This document shows positions 10,698 to 23,632 of a stretch of DNA of 64,000 nucleotides, one piece after another (within the stretch, counting starts at the first letter, position 1; each line of letters starts with the position of its first letter). The stretch lies in contig JBNRSN020000008.1 in the NCBI GenBank assembly GCA_051313645.2, forward strand, positions 116,560,001 to 116,624,000, given 5' to 3'. The notes below the pieces were generated by a model. It was not told the origin of the DNA. It searched no databases and saw only the letters and a list, made by a program, of their open reading frames with translations. Both the position numbers and the translations under genes were made by a program. This DNA comes from Centroscyllium fabricii (Eukaryota).

Positions 10698-11825
10698 TGT
10701 CGGAGTTCCGGGCTCGGCAGTGTGCCGCTGCGTGGGTCTGGTGTGCCGGCCTTGTGGAGCATGGGATGGTCGACATGTTGTGGATGTCGACCAGGCGGCG
10801 TCGGGTAACGTCGACCAGGAGGCCGTGGGCGCACAGAAAGTCGGCCCCGAGTAGGGTTATTTTGACTTGTGCAGTGATAAAGTCCCACGTGTACGTGTGG
10901 CCTGCCAGCTTGATGGTGAGCTGGCGGGTGCCGAACGTAAGTATCTCGGAGCCGTTTGCGGCTTCGAGTGGTGGGCCTTGGGTGCCTTGCTTGGCTTCTG
11001 CGGGGGAGGCTGGCACGATGCTGTGCTGCGCGCCTGTGTCGCAGAGGAAGCGGAGGCCTGAGACACTGTCTATGACGAAGAGCAGTGCTCCGGAGCGGCC
11101 TACGGACATGGTGGGGCCTGGGCTGGTTTGGGGTTTGAAGGTGCAGGGCTGGACGCAGCGCTGCGCTTTGGCTTCAAACCTGGTGTGGTAGTAGCACCAG
11201 CCTGGGCCCGTGGTGCGCGGTTTTTTGTGGGTCCGCACAGCTCTGGCTTGGGGCCTGGGTTGCGTGTAGTGCTGCTCTGGTGGGGCGGCAGCGTTACGGT
11301 GCATGGTGGCGCGGGTGCGCTCGGCCTTAATGAGCTTGTCTGCCTCCTGAGCTAGTTGCTTGTTAGGTGCTCCAGGACCATCAGAGTCGGTCTGACGGAG
11401 GGGGGTAGTTTAAGGAGGTACAAGGCGTGCTTGAGAGTGGCCGGGTCTGGGTTGAGCGCTTCGAACTGGGCCCACAGGTCGGTGGGGTCTGCGTCTCCCA
11501 GGTCGGGGAGGTTAATGACCTGGCAATCGCGCTCAAAAACGGTGGGGGTAAATTTTTGGAGCAGCGCGGCCTTTAGCGTTTCATACCTGCCAGCAGTAGG
11601 TTCTTGCTCGATGGAGTCCCACATTCTGTCGATGGTGGGCTGCGCAAGGGCTGCGAAGAGCAGGCTGTAGCGATCGTCCCCCTGCACGCCATAGATGCGG
11701 AAGGTGTTCTCAGTGTTGAGGAACCAGGCCGCTGGACGGAGTTCCCAGAACTCGGGTAGGGTTGGGATTTGGCTGCAGTGTTGACCCCGTCTGTGGTGGC
11801 GTGCTGTTTCGATCCCTGCTGGCAT
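10698..11825 (-). pseudogene. Gypsy A gag-protease (frameshift near 11355)
   Basis: LPEFWELRPAAWF gag N-terminus; WCYYHTRFEAKAQRCVQPC (CHCC); RFLCDTGA protease; LLGADFL. Confidence 0.9.
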
Positions 11826-11921
11826 GGTGGTTGCGATTCCACTGAGGCAGCTTGGCCCTCAGTCCTGCAGCGACTGCTTCATTGTTCCCTTGGGAATCGT
11901 CCCAAGTATCGAGGTCACCAC

Positions 11922-12200
11922 TGTAGAGGCATGCAGGGCCGAAGAACCACACTGGACACAGAGGATTCGGAAAGTTATCATTTAATGTTACTACAGCTAG
12001 GGCCAGGTGGAAAAGAGAGTGAGCCACCTGGAGCCCAGGTATTTAAAGGTCCCGCGGCAGGTGACGTCACTGCCGGGTATCCACCTGGCGACGTCATCAC
12101 GCCGGAAGTCGCGGTGACGTCAGCACGCCGCCCGGCGGGCGGGGCCGTCTTGCAGCGCTCCCGAGGCGGATTCAATGTTGTTGGTGGGCGTGTCGCCACA
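11922..12200 (-). repeat. 5' LTR of Gypsy A (279 bp), followed by Trp-type PBS at 11909-11920
   Basis: Direct repeat of 1479-1750. Confidence 0.95.
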
Positions 12201-12204
12201 ACAG

Positions 12205-12518
12205 AAGAGATTTACTAGAATGGTTCCAGGAATGAGGGACTATAGCTGTGTAGATAGACTGGAAAAGCTGGGGTTATTCTCCTTAGAGCAGAGAAGGCTA
12301 AGAGGAGATTTGATGGAGGTGTTTAAAATCATGAAGTGTTTAGATAAAGTAAATAAAGAGAAACTGTTTCCAATCATAAAGGGTCAATAACAAGAGGATA
12401 CAGATTTAAGGTGATTGTCAAAAGAACCAGAGACAACATTAGAAAATATTATTTCCACAGCAAGTTATGATGATTTGGAATGAGCTGCCTTTAAAGGATG
12501 GTGGAAGCAGATTCAATA
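12205..12518 (+). mobile_element. CR1 LINE 3' fragment, part 2
   Basis: KRFTRMVPGMRDYS...LGLFSLEQRRLRGDL; resumes at 13302 after the MITE. Confidence 0.85.
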
Positions 12519-13299
12519 CAGGTTGAGCACCGGTAATCTGGCACGGGCGGGACCAGGCCCGTGCCAAGAAAGTGAAAAAACCGGCAGAATGAAGTCAGTC
12601 AGTGCGCATCATTCAAAATGGCTGCGCGCATGTGCATAACATTGGAAGTGGCCGCCGCGAAGTTTTAAAGAATTCGAAACTCGTTCTTTTTTTAATTAAA
12701 AATGAGGCACATCACTTTTTCATCAAATGCCAGATTCCTTTCTCTCTCCCCGCTTCTCTGAGTGGAGATTTCCAACCGAGCCAAAGCCCAGACCCGGGAC
12801 AGAGATCCGGCACAAAGTACAGCAGCAAACTGGCCGCCACTCCCGGAGGGAAGGGGTGGCGGGGCTGCGCCCAGTTAGTCGGCCGGTAGTGAAGAGCTTG
12901 CGGCAGGTTTGCGGGGACCCGGGACATTTGAAGCCAGGCGGCGCCACGCAATCCCTTTAAAGAGAAGCCAGGCTCAACGGCACGCCCAAGGAACCCATTC
13001 CAGCCCAGGCCACCAGTCCAGCGGCTCAGTCTCCTCATTCTTCAAACTCTCCGCCCGGCTTTGACACAACGACCGCCTTTACCTTTCCGTGCTCTTCTCA
13101 GCCACGCATGCGCAGATCATTCAAAACCTCTGGCGGCCGTTTTGAATGATCTGCGCATGCGCTTGCCGTTTGGCGACGCATGCGCAGATCATTCCCCGAA
13201 GCATCGATCGCGGTGGCCATTTTGCGCATGCGCAGGGCAGTCGGGTCAATTGGTTCCGGAAGGCTGAAGCTGCCGGCTTATCGAGTAACGGATTACCTG
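12519..13299. mobile_element. Tc1/mariner (Tigger/pogo-like) non-autonomous element
   Basis: TA TSD at 12517-18 and 13300-01; left end CAGGTTGAGCACC; right TIR partly deleted; ends are homologous (inverted) to 50512-51184. Confidence 0.8.
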
Positions 13300-13519
13300 T
13301 AGTAACATTCAAAAGAGAATTGGTTTGGATTTGGAATGCATTGCCTGATAGGGTGGTGAAAACAGATTCAATAGTAGCTTTGAAAAGGCAATTGGATAAT
13401 TAGTTGCAGGGATATGGGGCAAGAGCCAGGGAGTGAGACTGACTGGATTGCTCTTCAAAAGACCTGGCATAGACTCGATGGGCAGAATGGCCTGCTTCTG
13501 TGCTGTACTATTCTATGAC

Positions 13520-15745
13520 CCTGTAGTAAAGGGGACTCTGGGGAACAGTGACCATAATATGATGGAATTTTATATTGAGTTTGAAAGTGATTTCGTTAAA
13601 TTTGAAACTAGGGTCTTAAATCTAAACAAAGCAAACTATGTAGGTATGAGGGGTGAGTTGGCTAAGGTAGATTGGGAAACTACATTAAAAGATATGGTGG
13701 TAGACAAGCAATGGCTAGCATTTGAAGAATTAATACATAATTTACAACAAATATACATTCCTTTAAGGCACAAAACCCCCACAGGAAAAGTGGTCCCACC
13801 ATGGCTAACAAGAGAAGTTAAAGATAGTATTAGATCAAAGGAAGAGGCTTATAATGTTGCCAAAAAGAGTAGTGAGCCTGAGGATTGGGAGGATTTTAGA
13901 ATTCAGCAAAGGAGGACCAAAAAATTGATAAAGGAAAAATAGAATATGAGAGTAAACTAGCGAGAGACATAAAAACATACTGTAAAGGCTTCTATAGGTA
14001 TGTAAAAAGGAAAAGATTAGCAAAAGTAAATGTGGGTCCCTTACAAGCTGAGACAGGAGAAATTATAATGGGGATTAAGGAAATGGGAGAGAAATTCAAC
14101 AAATACTTTGTCTCTGTCTTCACGGAAGAAGACGCAAAAAACTTCTGGAAATAATGGAGATCCAAGGGTCTAGCGAGAATGAGAAACTGAAAGAAATTAG
14201 TATTAGTAAAAAAAAAATTGGAAGAATTAATGGGACTGAAAGCTGTTAAATCCCATGGACCTGATGGCCTACATCCTAGGGCTTTGAAAGAGGTGCCTAT
14301 AGAGATAGTGGATGTGTTAGTTGTCATTTTCCAAAATTCCATAGGTTCTGGAACGGTTCCTGTGGATTGGACGGTAGCAAATGTAACCCCACTATTTAAG
14401 AAAGGAGGGAGAGAGAAAATGTGGAACTACAGACCAATTAGCCTGACATCAGTAGTAGGGAAAATGCTAGAATCTATTATTAAGGATGTGGTAACAGGGC
14501 ACTTAGAAAATAATAGGATTGGGCAGAGTCAACATGGATTTATGAAAGGAAAATTGTGTTTGACAAATCTGTAACTAGCAGAATAGAGGGGGAACCAGTG
14601 GATGTGGTGTATTTGGATTTTCAGAAGGCATTCGATAAGGTGCCACACAAGACGTTATTAAACAAAATTAGGGCTCATGGGATGGGGGTAATATATTAGC
14701 ATGGATTGAGGATTGGTTAACGGACAGAAAACAGAGTAGGAATAAACAGGTCATTTTCGGGTTGGCAGGCTGTAACTAGTAGGGTACTACAAGGACCAGT
14801 GCTTGGACCTCAGCTATTCACAATCTACATCAATGATTTGGATGAGGGGACCAAATGTAATCTATCCAAGTTTGCTGATGATACAAAGCTGGGTGGGAAT
14901 GTAAGTTGTGAGGAAGATGCAAGGAGGCTTCAAGGGGATATAGACAAGCTCAGTGAGTGGGTAAGAACATGGCAAATGGAATATAATGTGGAGAAATCCA
15001 CTTTGGTAGGAAAAATAGAAAAGCAGAGTGTTTTTTAAATGGTGAGAGATTGGGAAATGTTGGTGGACCTGGGTGTCCTTGTACACAAATCACTGAAAGT
15101 TAACATGCAGGTACGGCAAGCAATTAGGAAAGCAAATGATATGTTGGCCATTATTATAAGAGAATTCAAGTATAAGAGTAAAGATGTCTTACTGAAATTA
15201 TATGGGGCCCTGGTGAGACCACACCTGGATTATTGTGTACAGTTTTGGTCTCCTTACCTAAGTAAGGATATACTTGCCATAGAGGGAGTGCAATGAAGGT
15301 TCACCAGACTGGTTCCTGGGATGGGGGGATTGTCCTATGAGGAGAGATTGAGTAGACTAGGCCTATATTCTCTCGAGTTTAGAAGAATGAGAGGTGATCT
15401 CATTGAAACATACAAAATTCTTACAGGGCTTGACAGGATAGATGCAGGGAGGATGTTTCCTCTGGCTGGGGAGCCTAGAACCAGGGGTCACAGTTTCAGA
15501 ATATGGGGTTGGCCATTTAGGACTGAGATGAGAAATTCCTTCACTCAGAGGGTGGTGAATCTTTGGAATTCTCTACCCCAGAGGGCTGTGGAGGCTCAGT
15601 CGTTGAGTATATTAAGGTCAGAGAGCGATAGATTTTTGTATATTAAGGGAATCAAGGGATATGGGGATAGTGCAGATGAGGTAGAGGATCAGCCATGATC
15701 TTACTGAATGGCCCACTCCTGCTCCTAGTTCTCATGTTCTTATGA
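13520..15745 (+). mobile_element. CR1 LINE ORF2, 5'-truncated and degenerate
   Basis: [33 protein letters not shown]1 3' tail; multiple stops. Confidence 0.9.
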
Positions 15746-16690
15746 TTCAACATGAACTGCTAAATGTGCTGGGAAGTTTGACATTCAGCTTCCACATGAT
15801 GGCAGAGAGCACGGGTAAGTCCAACTCCAACTTCTGCTTGCTCTTTGCACATGCTATCCAGACCATGGAATGAGTGGTCAGCTCTGTGCATACGCCATTG
15901 GGACCCACAATGATGGAGCCTCTGGTGGCAACTCTGACAGCTTTGATGGAAGCTCAGACTGCTGCCATCTTCGCTTTGGGCACCAGAATGTCACATGGCT
16001 TGCAGAGTATGAAGGACAGTGTGGATAGGGGCTTCTCTTCACTCCTGCACTCTATTCTCCTGCAGAGCAGTGGGAGTGTTGAGGTGCAACCCCATGTGAG
16101 TGGCAGTGGTTCCATGGGAGAGTCAGATGTCATCCTTTGTCAGGATTACAGCATGCCTACTGCCCTGCCACACACTCAACCAATGCACCTGTGAGTGCCA
16201 GACAGTGAGCTGGGCCTCACTGCCACTGCGATGCTGCAGTCTGCAGCTGGACCCTCTATGGCCAAAGCTACTCAAGATTGCCCACCATGGCCATCTCTGG
16301 AGTCCTCAATAGAAGCTCAGCAGCCTTCTACCTCCCTTTCTGTAGCCAGTGGGTAGCCAGTGTAGAAAACAGGCAGTAGGACAATGTTTAGTTCTCTCTG
16401 TTCATTATAAGCAATTGTATTTTGAAGAGTGATCAAGTATCTTGGTATAGTAATTTGTTTACTTGGATTGCTTTTTGGTCTTCGTATTCTTAGTTGTACA
16501 AGGGCAACACCCATGAAGTTGGAACTGCATGAGAGAATTCAAATGGTAGTTGTGAGGATTGAGTTAGGTGGATGAAGGGATTGTTCGTGCATTGGGAAGG
16601 TGGGGGGGGGGGGAGGGTCATGCAGCGGAGGAAGCATTCATGAGAATTCCTCATCGAGTTGCTGCCTGAGAGATCTAGCACTTCCGCTGC
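15746..16690 (+). mobile_element. Probable continuation of the Harbinger remnant
   Basis: Degenerate coding-like sequence resuming after the CR1 block; 16530-16640 has an inverted homolog at about 59095-59220. Confidence 0.35.
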
Positions 16691-16699
16691 AGCCTAACC

Positions 16700-17275
16700 T
16701 TCTCAAGGCGCTTCACAAGAGCGTAATCAAACAAAAATTGACACCGAGCCAAAGAAGACAAAATTAGAACAGGTCACCAAATGCATGATCAAAGAGCCAG
16801 ATCTTTAGCAGCATCTTAAAGGAGGAGAGGTAACCAGGTTTGGTGAGGGAATTCCAGAGCTTAGGGCCTAGCTGAGATCAGTGCGTCAAATTCAAAATTC
16901 TCATCCTTGTGTTCAAATGCCTTGATGGGTTTGCCCCTCTGTGAACTTCTCCGGCCCTACAACCCGGCAAGAACTTTCCTTTCCTCCAACTCTAGCCTCT
17001 TATGCACTCCCACAGCCTTAACTTCAGTATTGTCAGACATGCTTTCAGCTGTCTATGCCTTAAATTATGGAATTCCCTCCTAAACTTCTCCGTCCCACCA
17101 CTTGTCCCTCATCCTTTAAGACCCTCATTAAAACTTACCTCTTTGACCAAGCTTTTAGTCACCCTCCTAAGATCTCTTTCTTCAGCTCGGTGTCAATTTT
17201 TTGTTTAATGTGCTTCTGTGAAGTGGCTTGAAACGATGTCCGATGTTACAGGCGCTATATAAATGCAAGTTATTG
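16700..17275. mobile_element. L2 LINE 3' end fragments in both orientations
   Basis: TTTGACCAAGCTTTT...GCGCTATATAAATGCAAGTT tail, as at 25130-25267. Confidence 0.6.
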
Positions 17276-18499
17276 CGGTTACTGAGTCTAGTACTTTTCA
17301 CTCCTCCTCGATGGTCCACCATTCCTTAATCATCGCTGTGTTAAAGTCCTGGAATTCCCCACCCAGCACCACGTGGGAGCACCATCAACAAAACAATTGC
17401 ATGGGTTCAAGAATAATGCTAGTCACTTTGCCCATCCCTAGTTGCCCTGAAACCAATGAAAAGGTAGCATTCCCAGCATCACCCACATCCCGAGGCGATA
17501 ATAACGCATTAAGTCAGTAGGCATGAATCTAGGCTGGTTGCTATGGTAATTTGAAGTGCTAATTAGCTACCCAATGAGAGACAAGACTAAGTGTTCCGTA
17601 TGGGAATGGTAGCATAGTGGTAATGTCACTTGTCTAGTAATCCAGAGGCCTGGACTAATGATCCAGAGACGAGAGTTCAAATCCCACCATGGCAGCTGAG
17701 GAATTTAAATTCAGTTAATTAAATAAATCTAAAATTATCAGTAATGGTGACCATGAAACTATCGGAAAGTCGTAAAAATCCATCTGGTTCACTAATGTCC
17801 TTTAGGGAAGGAAATCTGCTGTCCTTACCTGCTCTGGCCTATATATGACTGCAGACCCACAGCAATATGGTTGACCCTTAAGTGCCCTCTGAAATGGCCT
17901 AGCAAACCACTCAGTTGTAACTAACTGCTACGAATAACAAGAATGAAACTGGACAGGCCACCCGGCATCGACTACAGAACTGGCTACGGACACGGCAACG
18001 GCACACCCAGCCCAGTCAAACCTGCAAAGTCCTCCTCACCAACATTTGTGGACTTGTGCCAAAATTGGGAGAGCTGTCCCACAGACTAGTCAAGCAACAG
18101 CCTGACATAGTCATACTCACAGAATCATACCTTTCAGCCAATGTCCCAAACTCCTCCATCACCTACTGCCCTCCCTCAGCTGATGAATCAGTACTCCTCC
18201 ATGTTGACCACCACTTGGAAGAAGCACTGAGTATAGCAAGGGCACAGAATGTACTCTGGGTGGGGACTTCAATGTCCATCACCAAGAGTGGCTCAGTAGC
18301 ACCACTACTGACCGAGCTGGCCGAGTCCTGCAGGACATAACAGCCAGTCTGGGCCTGCAACAGGTGGTGAGTGAACCAACAAGAGGGAAAAACCTACTTG
18401 ACCTCATCCTCACCAATCTACCTGTCATAGATGCATCTGTCCATGACAGCATTGGCAGCAGTGACCATCGCACAGTCATTGTGGAGACGAAGTTCCATC

Positions 18500-19108
18500 T
18501 TTTTTTTTTTAAATTAATTGATGGGATGTGGGCGTCGCTGGCTGGCTAGGCCTGCATTTAGTGCCCATCCCTAATTGCCCTTGAGAAAATGGTGGTGAGC
18601 CACCTTCTTGAACCACTGCAGTCCATATAGTGTAGGTACACCCACAATGTTGTTAGGAAGGGAGTTCCAGGATTTTGGCCCAGCGACAGTGAAGGAGCGG
18701 CGATACAGGTCCAAGTCAGGATGGTGTGTGGCTTGGAGGGGAACTTGTAGGTGGTGCTGTTCCCATGCGTCTGCTATCCTTGTCCTTCTAAGTGGTAGAG
18801 GTCGCGGGTTTGGAAGGTGCTGTTGAAGGAGCTTTGGCAAGTTGCTGCAGTGCATCTTGTAGATGGTACACACTGCAGCCACAGTGTGCCGGTGGTGGAG
18901 GGAGTTAATGTTGAAGGTGGTGGATGGAGTGCCAATCAAGCGGCCTGCTTTATCCTGAATGGTGTCGAGCTTCTTGAGTGTCGTTGGAGCTGCACTTATC
19001 CAGGCAAGTGGAGAGTATTCCATCACACTCCTGACTTGTGCCTTGTAGATGGTGGAAAGGCTTTGGGGAGTCAAGAGGTGAGACACTCGTCGCAGAATTC
19101 CCAGCCTC
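18500..19108 (-). mobile_element. 3' fragment of the same LINE family, inserted inverted into copy 1
   Basis: RLGILRRVSHLL..IYKAQVRSVMEYSPLAW; poly(A) appears as a T-run at 18499-18510. Confidence 0.8.
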
Positions 19109-20513
19109 TTCACACTGAGAACACGCTCCATCGTGTTGTGAGGCACTAACACCGTGCTAAATGGGATAGATTCAGAACAGATCTAGCAGCTCAAAACTAG
19201 GCATGCATGAGGCGCTGTGGGGAAGCAGAATTGTATTCCATCACAATCTGTAACCTCATGGCATATCACTCACTCTACTATTACCATCAAGCCAGGGGTC
19301 CAACCCTGGTTAAACAACGAGTGTAGAAGAGCATGCCAGGAGCAGTACCAGGCGTACCTAAAAATGAGCTCCCAACTTGTGGAAGCTGCAACACAAGACG
19401 ACATGCATGCTAAAAAGCAAAAGCAGCATGCTATATACAGTGCTAAGCAATCCCACCATCAAAGCTCTGCAGTCCTGCCACATCCAGTCGTGAATGGTGG
19501 TGGACCATTAAACAACTAACAGAAGGAGGAGGCTCCAAGTGCCGAGTGGATGATCTATATCGGCCATCTCCCAAGGTCCTCACCATCACAGAAGCCACTC
19601 TTCAGCCAATTCGATTCACTCCACATGATGCCAAGAAACAGCTGAGCGCACTGGATACAGCAAAGGCTATGGGCCCCGACAACATCCCGGCTATCGTGCT
19701 GAAGACTTGTGCTCCACAACTAGCTGCGCCTCTAGCCAAGCTGTTCCAGTACAGATACAACACTGGCATCTATCCGACAATGTGGAAAACTGCCCAGGTA
19801 TGTCCTGTCCACAAAAAGCAGGACAAATCCAACCCAGCCAATTACCGCCCCATTAGTCTATCATCAGCAAAGTGATGGCAGGTGTCACCGACAGTGCTAT
19901 CAAATAGCACTTATTCACCAATAACCTGCTCACTGATGCCCAGTTTGGGTTCTATCAAGCCCATTCAGCTCCTGACCTCATTACAGCCTTGGTCCAAACA
20001 TGGACAAAGGAGCTGAATTCCAGAGGTGAGGCGAGAGTGACTGCCCTTGACATCAAGGCAGCATTTGACCGAGTCTGGCATTAAGGAGCCCTAGTAAAAC
20101 TGAAGTCAATGGGAATTAGGGGGGAAATGCTTCACTGGCTGGAGTCATACCTAGCACAAAGGAAGATGGTTAAAGGTCAATCATCACAGCCCCAGGACAT
20201 CGCTGCTGGTGTTCCTCAGGGCAGTGTCCTAGGCCCAACCATCTTCAGCTGCTTCATCAATGACCTTCCTTCGAACATAAGGTCAGAAATGGGGATGTTT
20301 GCTGATGACTGCAGAGGTGTTCAGCGCCATTCGCAACTCCACAGATAATGAAGCAGTCCATGCCCGCATGCAACAAGACTTGGATGATGTTCAGGCTTGG
20401 GCTGATAAGTGGCAGATAACATTCATGCCACAGAAGTGCCAGGCAATGACTATCTTCAACAGATGTAAGAAGTCACACAACACCAGGTTATAATCCAACA
20501 GCTTTATTAGAAA

Positions 20514-20550
20514 TCACAAGCTTTCGGAGCGCTGCTCCTTCATCAGGTGA
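20514..20550 (-). ncRNA. Minimal type I hammerhead ribozyme motif in a Penelope-like repeat fragment (20462-20555)
   Basis: Minus strand UCAC-CUGAUGA-A-GGAGC agc GCUCC-GAAA-GCUU-GUGA. Confidence 0.7.
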
Positions 20551-22025
20551 AGTCACTGACCTTGGGAACACCACCACCTCCAAGTTCCCCTACAAGTCAC
20601 ACACCATCCTGATTTAGAAGTATATCGCCGATCCTTCATCGTCGCGGCTCACCACCACCTTCTCGAAGGCAACTAGGGATGGGCAATAAATGCTGGCATT
20701 GCCAGCGACGCCCTTATCCCATAAAAACTAATAAAAACATTTTTTTTTAATGTTGTAGCTTTCAGTGTTTGACAGCTCAGCGGGCCAAACTCCTGATCTA
20801 TTTCTCTTCAAATTCTGATATCTCATGATAGAATCTACCACCTTCATCTGCATCTTTTACCATCTGTTCGATCTTCAGTGCCCGTCCATCTCCATGTTTT
20901 AGGATTTCTTTATAGGCTCATGGAAGCTCATTTGACCAATGTCATATGGGTTAACCACAAGTCCAAAATTATCTTCAGTTGAGAACTATTTTGCACAAAG
21001 GTTTACTCTTTTTCTCCAGATAGACTAAAGATTAGAGAAATTTGCAACTAGATGACAAATCGATTTGTTTCTAATGCCTATTAGATGGACATGGTAGACC
21101 TCTTATATATTTAAGTATATATTTGCTAACTTTAGTTGATTCAAGAGATGCATTTTTGAGTACCTTTATTCCTGCTGCAACTTAAGGATGCTAGCGATAC
21201 ATCCCAGGAGCAGTCTTATACCATTTTCTACATCACATTTGGAGGTGGCATGTCAAGACTTTTGAGCCATACATATTCCCACATGAAGGGTTACTTTATT
21301 GATGTCACTCCAGGTTTAGTATCAGTCGAGTTAATGAAATGTCACATTTGTTATTTTTTGTATCAGAGAAGGGAGTACGAATTAAAAGCGGTTAAAAAAA
21401 AATAGAGCAAACTCCAGGATTGTCTTTGTTACTGCTTATGTTATTTTTAATGAACCTGCTCTGTTGTTTATAGCTTAAGCCATGGTCCAATAGAGTGATT
21501 ACTCTATTACTTTCTAAAGTCTAGGAGATCATGAGTGGGCTCATGACATATTCAGTAAGCTAAATACAGTGACGAACGAGAGTGTCTGTTCAATCCCTAA
21601 GATAAGTACATGATACTCTCCAGATTGTAGAGAATGGAGGCTCACTTACAGGAGTGTCGTTTGGTGCTGAATACGAGGAAAATATCCAACAGTGGAACAT
21701 ACTCATTAATACATATCGTAAAAATAGCAGCTCCATGGCATGAGGGATTTGTTGTCACCAAAGGAAAGGATGGAGGGTTAGGAAATCTGTGTAGTCAAGG
21801 CAACGTATGAATATACTTCAGGTGCAATAATTAAATGCATCATAACCATCAGTGGATTGAGATAAATAACTTCACTCAAGAAGCAGACCATAATACATTT
21901 GGGAATTATCCAGCAAGTCTATGTTTAAATTTTACCAAATTATACTGCTGCCCATGACACATCCTTGATGTTTTCACATCTGCATTTGTAATACTAAATG
22001 TAAAATCTCATCCCTATCTTTACAG

Positions 22026-22076
22026 AAACTTCCAAGTAAATTCAAGAAAATCTATTCAGAATTTGAAAGCTTGATG
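22026..22076 (+). CDS. RAPGEF4: Rap guanine nucleotide exchange factor 4 (Epac2), CDC25-HD exon
   Basis: AG|KLPSKFKKIYSEFESLM|GT. Confidence 0.93.
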
Positions 22077-23544
22077 GTGCGTATGCTTTAACTTTTACAG
22101 TCATTTTAAAAGTATTAATAAAGATACATAATCATTATATTCGGGTTTTGTTGATTTCCACGATAAATATCCCGATTATTTTATGTTGTAGATTGCTAAC
22201 CAAACAATTCTCCTAATTTTACAATAAACTGCCTGACACCCCTCTCCCACCCCAAATTCTCACTGCATTTTAGGCTGAAGATCTGGTCCCAAGATGCATG
22301 TGCATCGCATTTATGACATCATCATACATGTGCTATACATATTGACGCACAATGTGCAGCACACAATGTGCATAATCATGTCACTGATGTGATGTGTGTG
22401 TATCTTGGAAATTTTTCTTAAGGTGTATTTAGAGTTATGCATTGGGCTATTAGTATTTTATTATGCGGGTTTATTGGTGAGTGTTATTTCATCAGTATAC
22501 GTAATTTTTGGGGGTATGTTGTTTTATCAGGTATTAGTGTGTGATATAGTGAAGTTCCAAAATTGAACCTGATATTTCCTGATTTTTCTTCCGGTTTGGG
22601 ATCAAATTTTTCTCTTGTTTCCTGGTTTTTGATGCTAAAAATAGAACCTGAAGACAGACCAAAAACAGATTTTTAAATCTGTAACAAGAAAGTAAGTGGA
22701 GCATAATTGAACAGCACTTTTCACATCCTTAGGACACCTCAAAGTGCTTCGCAGCCAATGGATTACTTTTGAAGTGTTTTGTAGGCAAATACAGAGCCAA
22801 TATGAGCGCACATAATCTGTGTTGGTGGTGTCAGTTAACATAGAAACATAGAAACTAGGAGCAGGAGTAGGCCATTCGGCCCTTCAAGCCTGCTCCGCCA
22901 TTCAATGAGATCATGGCTGATCATCCAAACCCAGTATCCCGCCCCTGCCCTCTCCCCAAATCTCTCTCGAGCCTGCATCGACACATATCCCACCCTATTC
23001 AGTTGAAGGCTGAATGTTGGCAAGGCTCAGAACTTTCTGTTCTTTTTCAAATAGTATTATGTGATCTTTCACGTCCATCTGAACAGGCAGATGGAGCTTT
23101 AGTTTATTGTCTTATCCAAAAGTTGTCATCTATGATAATGCTCAGCACTCAGCATTGTACGTAGGTGGCAGCCTAGATTATGTCCTCAAGTCCTGGAGTG
23201 GGGCTTGAACCAATTTTAATGACCCTTAGTTTAGGATACATATAACTTTATTACTAATGGTGTTTTTAACCAGGCTCATTAAAAACTGGACAGCAACAAT
23301 ACATATACAGGTATAAATTTAATTTGCTCAAGAGGTAAAGGCTTTTTTGAAGGAATGATATATCTTGTGTTTTTTCGACCTCCTGGATGTCATTATTTCT
23401 AAAATTCTCCTTTGTTTAAAACTACAGAACTTGCTCTGTACTTATGTAAGCAGTTGTATTTCACTTAGCACAAACCTGCTTAACATGTCTGCTGCACTGA
23501 ATTAATTATTGAATGAATATTAAATATTAAACAATTCTGTATAG

Positions 23545-23632
23545 GATCCTTCCAGGAACCATAGGGCATACAGACTTTCAGTAGCTAAACTGGAGCCACC
23601 AATCATTCCCTTCATGCCTTTACTTATAAAAG
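23545..23632 (+). CDS. RAPGEF4: RAPGEF4 exon
   Basis: AG|[30 protein letters not shown]|GT; phase matches the next exon. Confidence 0.95.

Larger units (their letters stand above)
1479..12200 (-). mobile_element. Gypsy LTR retrotransposon A, CsRn1 clade, full-length but disrupted
   Basis: LTRs 1479-1750 and 11922-12200 (TG...CA; 2 substitutions plus one 7-bp indel). 4-bp TSD ACAG at 1475-1478 and 12201-12204. PBS TGGTGACCTCGA resembles the tRNA-Trp complement. PPT next to 1751. Gag carries a CX2HX9CX3C motif. Confidence 0.93.
17602..20735 (+). mobile_element. CR1-group LINE (EN-RT) with tRNA-like 5' head, degenerate, copy 1
   Basis: A/B-box-like head; LTNICGLVPK..PDIVILTES endonuclease; [30 protein letters not shown]; homologous to 58109-61720. 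Confidence 0.8.

Noticed and set aside
1-22025. Further RAPGEF4 exons (the upstream ...LTWE exon)
   Set aside because: No matching coding segment found by eye; it probably lies upstream of the window.
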